Positions 20,031-24,000 of a stretch of 24,000 bases of DNA are shown here, piece by piece. The first letter of the stretch is position 1; the number at the start of each line of letters is the position of its first letter. Source of the stretch: an uncultured Bacillota bacterium. Its GTDB lineage: Bacteria; Bacillota_I; Bacilli_A; RFN20; CAG-826. The stretch covers positions 33,353 to 57,352 of the forward strand of contig CASFVT010000023.1 in the NCBI GenBank assembly GCA_949298195.1. Reading direction: 5' to 3'. Below the pieces are notes generated by a model, which searched no databases, had not been told where the DNA came from, and worked only from the letters and a program-made list of their open reading frames with translations. The position numbers were made by a program, and so were the translations under genes.

Positions 20031-20539
20031 TCCCCCGCCCCTTCCCCGCTCCCGGGTTCGGGTTCGATCACTTCATCCGGTTTCTCTTTCTTGACGGCCT
20101 TCACCTCGACGAAATGGACGAAGATGGAGACGACGCTCATCGGGAGAAGCCCCCCGAAGGCCGTCCAGAAGTTGAAGGCATTGAAACCGCCGAACCACTC
20201 GCTTTTGAAGGTGCAGATGGCCGCGATGACGAGAACGATCGCATAGACGAGGAGGCGGGCGAAGGTAAGTAGGAGGGTCAAGCCGAGGCTACCGCCCTTC
20301 TCGTCCTTGCCGCCCAATAGATAACGGGAAGCGTAGACGATGCTCGCGTAGGCGAATAGCCCTGCCCCGCTACCGAGGAGCCATCCGAGGGGATAGGCCC
20401 CGAGGGGGTAACCGCCGGCATCGTGGAAGAAGAAAAGCGGCAAGAGGCCAAGGAAAGGAACGACCGTCAAAAAAAGGAGAATCGCAATGGCCTTCCCCTC
20501 ACTCGAGAGGCTTCTGAAACGCACTAGGAACTTCGACAT
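20027..20539 (-). CDS. AtpI-like/uncI-position four-TM membrane protein
   Basis: Multi-TM 170-aa protein that is the first gene of the atp operon and overlaps atpB by 4 nt. Assigned mainly by position. Confidence 0.55.
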   Translation of the reverse strand: MSKFLVRFRSLSSEGKAIAILLFLTVVPFLGLLPLFFFHDAGGYPLGAYPLGWLLGSGAGLFAYASIVYASRYLLGGKDEKGGSLGLTLLLTFARLLVYAIVLVIAAICTFKSEWFGGFNAFNFWTAFGGLLPMSVVSIFVHFVEVKAVKKEKPDEVIEPEPGSGEGAGE

Positions 20540-20551
20540 ATCCTATGTCGA
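20533..20551. repeat. Perfect inverted repeat TCGACATA-tcc-TATGTCGA over the start codon of the first atp operon gene
   Basis: 8-bp arms with 3-nt centre read directly from the sequence. Confidence 0.85.
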
Positions 20552-20553
20552 TA

Positions 20554-20582
20554 ATCGTAGGGAAAAGACCGGGAAAGGGCAA
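20554..20582 (-). promoter_or_regulatory. Putative atp operon promoter
   Basis: Minus strand TTGCCC (20577-20582) - N17 - TACGAT (20554-20559). Confidence 0.5.
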
Positions 20583-20673
20583 GAGGCAAGGGCGTCCATC
20601 GAAATGGATTGAGGTTGATGGTACTGATGCAATTGTCTGGGCCCCTCTCGAGAACCGGCCTCGATGAAAGCGC

Positions 20674-20703
20674 TTGCAAGAAGCCCCTTCCCGCCCCTAG
20701 AAT
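20674..20703 (+). promoter_or_regulatory. Putative promoter of the nucleoside kinase gene
   Basis: TTGCAA (20674-20679) - N18 - TAGAAT (20698-20703), followed by GAGAGG SD (20722-20727) and ATG at 20735. Confidence 0.6.
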
Positions 20704-20734
20704 GAGCGGCTAAAGAAATTTGAGAGGTACGCAC

Positions 20735-22387
20735 ATGCCATTCACCGTCACCGTCGGAAACGCCAAGAAAGCCTACGAAGCCAACCGCTCCCTCCTCGAC
20801 ATCGAGAAGGACTTCGGACTCCATGACCATGGCCACATCGCCGCCAAGGTCAACAACCGGGTGCGCGACCTCAACTACGAGGTCTATTACGATGCCGAGG
20901 TCGAGTTCCTCACCGTGAGCGACCACGAGGCGATGAAGATATACGAAGCGACCCTCCGTTACATCGTGGCCATGGCCTTCCATAACCTCTACCCCGACCT
21001 CAAGATCCGCTTTGCCTACAATGTCAGCCGCTGCATCAGCATCCACCTCCTCGATGCCAACACGGTGGCCAACACGGCGATGCTCATCCGCCTCAACCAC
21101 GAAGTCGAACGGATAATCAAGGCCGACCTGCCAATCAAACGAACGGTCGTCCCAAACGAAAAAGCGGCCGAAATCTACCGTGAAAAGGGCTTCGATGACA
21201 AGATCTCCCTTCTCAAGTACCGTCCCGAGAAGACCGTCCACCTCAACGAGTGCGACGGCTATCTCGACTACATGTACTCCCACCTCGCCCCTTCGACCGG
21301 CTACATCGTCGATTACAAGATCCGCCTCTATGCCCCGGGTTTCCTCGTCCAGTATCCCCGTTCGGAATGCGGGGGCAAGATCCCCGAGTTCGAAGACGCC
21401 CCGACCTTCGGCAGGACCCTCAAGGAAAGCCATGACTGGGCCAAGATCGCCGGGATCGACACGGTGGCCAAGATCAACAACGAATTGGAACACAACGGGG
21501 CGGTCGAGTTCATCAACATCTGCGAGGCCCGCCACAACCGGATGCTCGCCGAACTCGGGCAGCTGATCGAGGATGACATCGACGACATCCGCCTCGTCTG
21601 CGTGGCCGGCCCCTCGAGCTCGGGCAAGACGACCTTCGCCAACCGCCTCCGGATCGAACTCCTCTCCCGGGGCATCCGGCCGATCCGAATCTCCATCGAC
21701 GACTACTACAAGCGCCGCGACGAAGCTCCCCTCGACGAAAACGGGGAACCCGACCTCGAGTCGATCGAGGCCCTCGACACCGACCTCTTCAACCAAAATA
21801 TGGTTGACCTCATCAACGGAGAGGAAGTCCAGCTCCCGAAATTCGATTTCAAACTCGGCCGCCGGGTGCCGGGCCGGACTTTGCGCGTCCACCGCGACGA
21901 GCCGATCATCATCGAGGGAATCCACGCCCTGAACGACCACCTGACCCCCTCGATCAGCAAGGCCAACAAATTCAAGGTCTTCATCTCTCCCCAAGCCCAG
22001 ATCAACCTCGACGACCACAATCCCCTCTCCCTGACCGACCTCCGCCTCATCCGCCGGCTCGTCCGCGACTACAAGTTCCGGGCCGCCCCGCCGGAGGAGA
22101 CCTTCGCCATGTGGCCGAAGGTCCGGGCCGGGGAATTCAAGTGGATCTACTCAACCCAGGAAGGAAGCGACTACGTCTTCAATTCCTTCCTCCCATACGA
22201 GTTGGCCGTCATGCGGAAATACGCCCTCCCCCTCTTGAACAAAATCGACAAGGAGAGCCCCTACTTCCCCTTGGCCGAACGCCTGATGCGGATGCTTAAG
22301 TTCTTCCTCGATATGAAAGACGAATGGGTCCCGAGCAATTCCCTCATGCGGGAATTCATCGGGGGCAGCTGCTACGCGGACGTTTGA
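20735..22387 (+). CDS. Uridine kinase-like nucleoside kinase with N-terminal TGS/ThrRS-like region
   Basis: N-terminal TGS-like region (MPFTVTVGNAKKAYEANRSLLDIEKDF), then C-terminal P-loop kinase: VCVAGPSSSGKTTFANRLRIEL, ISIDDYYKRRDEAPLDENGEPDLESIEALD, PIIIEGIHALND. Confidence 0.88.
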   Translation: MPFTVTVGNAKKAYEANRSLLDIEKDFGLHDHGHIAAKVNNRVRDLNYEVYYDAEVEFLTVSDHEAMKIYEATLRYIVAMAFHNLYPDLKIRFAYNVSRCISIHLLDANTVANTAMLIRLNHEVERIIKADLPIKRTVVPNEKAAEIYREKGFDDKISLLKYRPEKTVHLNECDGYLDYMYSHLAPSTGYIVDYKIRLYAPGFLVQYPRSECGGKIPEFEDAPTFGRTLKESHDWAKIAGIDTVAKINNELEHNGAVEFINICEARHNRMLAELGQLIEDDIDDIRLVCVAGPSSSGKTTFANRLRIELLSRGIRPIRISIDDYYKRRDEAPLDENGEPDLESIEALDTDLFNQNMVDLINGEEVQLPKFDFKLGRRVPGRTLRVHRDEPIIIEGIHALNDHLTPSISKANKFKVFISPQAQINLDDHNPLSLTDLRLIRRLVRDYKFRAAPPEETFAMWPKVRAGEFKWIYSTQEGSDYVFNSFLPYELAVMRKYALPLLNKIDKESPYFPLAERLMRMLKFFLDMKDEWVPSNSLMREFIGGSCYADV

Positions 22388-22402
22388 ACCCCTTCTCTTA
22401 GC

Positions 22403-22424
22403 AAGGCCCTCGAGGGCCTTTTTT
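22403..22424 (+). terminator. Rho-independent terminator
   Basis: AAGGCCCTCGAGGGCCTTTTTT: perfect self-complementary stem followed by a T tract, 15 nt after the kinase stop. Confidence 0.9.
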
Positions 22425-22463
22425 CCTAGACGGGCGAAAGCCCTTGGCCGATAATGCAGCCAT

Positions 22464-23168
22464 ATGGAAACGCACTCCCCGAACCGTCCCCTCCTCTACG
22501 TGGGGCTCCTCAATAAGGCCGCGATTCTTCTCATCGGGATCATCGGCATCTTCCTCAATTACCAAAACGCCGGGTTCATGGGCGGGCAATACCTGTTCCT
22601 CTACTTCACGATGATCTCGAACATCATCATGATGCTTTCCTCCCTCGTCTTCCTCTTCGTCGACATCGTCTCGATCGTGACCGGGGAAGAGGCCTCCCTC
22701 CGCTTGCTCCGCCTCCTCCGATTCGCCTCTTCGATCGGAGTGGCCCTCACGATGGGGGTCTTCTTCGCCCTCCTGGTACCGACGGCCGGTCCCGGCTACG
22801 TCGAAAGCGCGGCCAACCTCACCGTCCATCTCATCGTCCCCGTCCTCGGGATCCTCGACGTCCTCGTTTTCGAGAGGCGGATCCCCTTCAAGAAAGCCGA
22901 CCCCCTCATCGGGGCCCTCTTCCCCCTCCTTTACATGCTCTTCGTCTATGCGATTTGCTATCCCCTGAACATCCATTTCGCCGGGAACGACCAGCGCTTC
23001 CCGTATTTCTTCATGGACTTCGAGACCCTCGGCTGGTTCTCGGTTACCGCTGACGGGATCGGGACCGGTTATTACATCGTCATCCTCTTGGCCATCGTGA
23101 TCGCCGCTTCCTATCTCCTTGCCTTCCTCCACAATCTCCTCCTCCCGAAAAAGAAAAAGGGGAGTTGA
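22464..23168 (+). CDS. Multi-pass membrane protein, Pr6Pr/FAR-17a-AIG1-like
   Basis: Six or so TMs; YLFLYFTMISNIIMMLSSLVFLF and LTVHLIVPVLGILDVLVFERR resemble the YFTxxSN and HxxxPxxxxxD features of that family. Confidence 0.55.
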   Translation: METHSPNRPLLYVGLLNKAAILLIGIIGIFLNYQNAGFMGGQYLFLYFTMISNIIMMLSSLVFLFVDIVSIVTGEEASLRLLRLLRFASSIGVALTMGVFFALLVPTAGPGYVESAANLTVHLIVPVLGILDVLVFERRIPFKKADPLIGALFPLLYMLFVYAICYPLNIHFAGNDQRFPYFFMDFETLGWFSVTADGIGTGYYIVILLAIVIAASYLLAFLHNLLLPKKKKGS

Positions 23169-23196
23169 GCCCCTTTCCGAAACAAGCGGCGGTTTC

Positions 23197-24000
23197 TCAC
23201 TTCTCCTTCGAGGAGAGGCGGCTGAACCGCTTTTTGCTTTTCTCATAAGCGGCCATGAGTTCCCCGTAATAGGCCTCCCGGAGGGCACCGTAGCGCTTTT
23301 TCTCGCTTTCGGAGGCCGAGCCGAGGTAGATGCTGGAGAAAACCTTCTCGAGACGGAAGAACGATTCGTAGAGATTGATGAGGGTGATGAGGAGGAAATA
23401 GGACCTCCGGGAGTAGATGAGGAGGGGGGAGCTATGGGCGATTTCGCTGCTCATCTCATAGACCTTGCTATAGGAATGGAGGCCGGCTGAGCGTTCGACC
23501 CCGTCCCGGAAGTTGAGCTTGTAGCCGCTTTCCTCGTCGAAGCCCTCGACCTCATAGAGCCAACCGTATTCGATGAAGCGCTTCATGTCCTTGCTCTTGA
23601 GGGCATGCAAACGCATCTCCTCCTTGATTTGGAGGAAGGTCTCGTCGGTCTCTTCCTTGCTTTTGAGGGCCCCGCGGAAGGCGAGGGCGTAATGGAGGTG
23701 CTCGAGGTAGCTCTTCACTGCCTTCTCGCCGGCCCGGACGAGGGTGAGGAGGATGCACTCGTTCTCGTGGAGGGTCCGCCAGGTGGAGAAGGCCTCGGTC
23801 TCGTAGCCCCCGACGAGGAGGTCGAGGATGCAATGGGCCATCGATAGGCCCTTCCCGAGGATGTCGACATAGAGGGTCGAGGTCGGGTCCCCCTTCCGCT
23901 TCGGGCGGAGGGTACGGAGGATGTAGTTGAGGTAGAGCTCGAGGGTCGAGACCTCCGGCTGGTAAGAAGAAAGGAAGGAGCCCTCATTGTAGGAGAGATG
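23197..24000 (-). CDS. DUF5677-like protein, truncated by window edge
   Basis: The track gives 23197..23841, but the frame stays open to 24000 (my translation: HLSYNEGSFLSSYQPEVSTLELYLNYILRTLRPKRKGDPTSTLYVDILGKGLSMAHCILDLL...). Helical 'ILDLLVGGYETEAFSTWRTLHENECILLTLV' resembles DUF5677. Confidence 0.6.
   Translation of the reverse strand, partial: HLSYNEGSFLSSYQPEVSTLELYLNYILRTLRPKRKGDPTSTLYVDILGKGLSMAHCILDLLVGGYETEAFSTWRTLHENECILLTLVRAGEKAVKSYLEHLHYALAFRGALKSKEETDETFLQIKEEMRLHALKSKDMKRFIEYGWLYEVEGFDEESGYKLNFRDGVERSAGLHSYSKVYEMSSEIAHSSPLLIYSRRSYFLLITLINLYESFFRLEKVFSSIYLGSASESEKKRYGALREAYYGELMAAYEKSKKRFSRLSSKEK

Noticed and set aside
20543-22018. 491-aa minus-strand ORF antisense to the nucleoside kinase
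   Set aside because: The opposite strand encodes a clear kinase with canonical motifs. The antisense translation is low-complexity V/D/E/G-rich, typical of the mirror frame of GC-rich genes.
22450-22455. GATAAT box 8 nt upstream of the Pr6Pr-like ATG
   Set aside because: Possible leaderless promoter, but no -35 and only a moderate -10 match; kept out of the feature list.
22398-23288. 296-aa minus-strand ORF opposite the Pr6Pr-like membrane protein
   Set aside because: Highly acidic low-complexity product, antisense to a coherent multi-TM protein, and it runs through the intrinsic terminator.

Overview
GC-rich chromosomal window that looks like a Bacillota/Mycoplasmatota-type housekeeping region. 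It uses the standard code, with TGA as stop. Minus strand, left block: prkC (cut by the window edge), a PP2C phosphatase, rlmN, a degenerate RsmB-like protein, an unknown 174-aa protein, priA and gmk. Plus strand: an RqcH/NFACT protein and a choline-kinase-like phosphotransferase. Minus strand: a VanZ-like protein with a very large ectodomain, and ppa. Plus strand: a thioredoxin-like lipoprotein. Minus strand: a complete F-type ATP synthase operon (atpI-like, atpB, E, F, H, A, G, D, C) followed by an ATP-grasp gene. Plus strand: a TGS-containing nucleoside kinase, a strong intrinsic terminator and a membrane protein. Minus strand, right edge: a DUF5677-like protein. I found no CRISPR array, transposon, phage, tRNA or rRNA. 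Best second looks: (1) AtpE carries a two-carboxylate Na+-type ion-binding motif plus an extra adjacent Asp. (2) The RsmB-like protein has lost both catalytic cysteines and the SAM motif. (3) AtpC lacks the whole C-terminal helical domain. (4) The VanZ-like protein has a ~450-aa ectodomain inserted after TM1. (5) Several operon-leading genes have -10-like boxes very close to the start codon, suggesting leaderless or near-leaderless mRNAs. (6) A perfect 8-bp inverted repeat covers the start of the atp operon.
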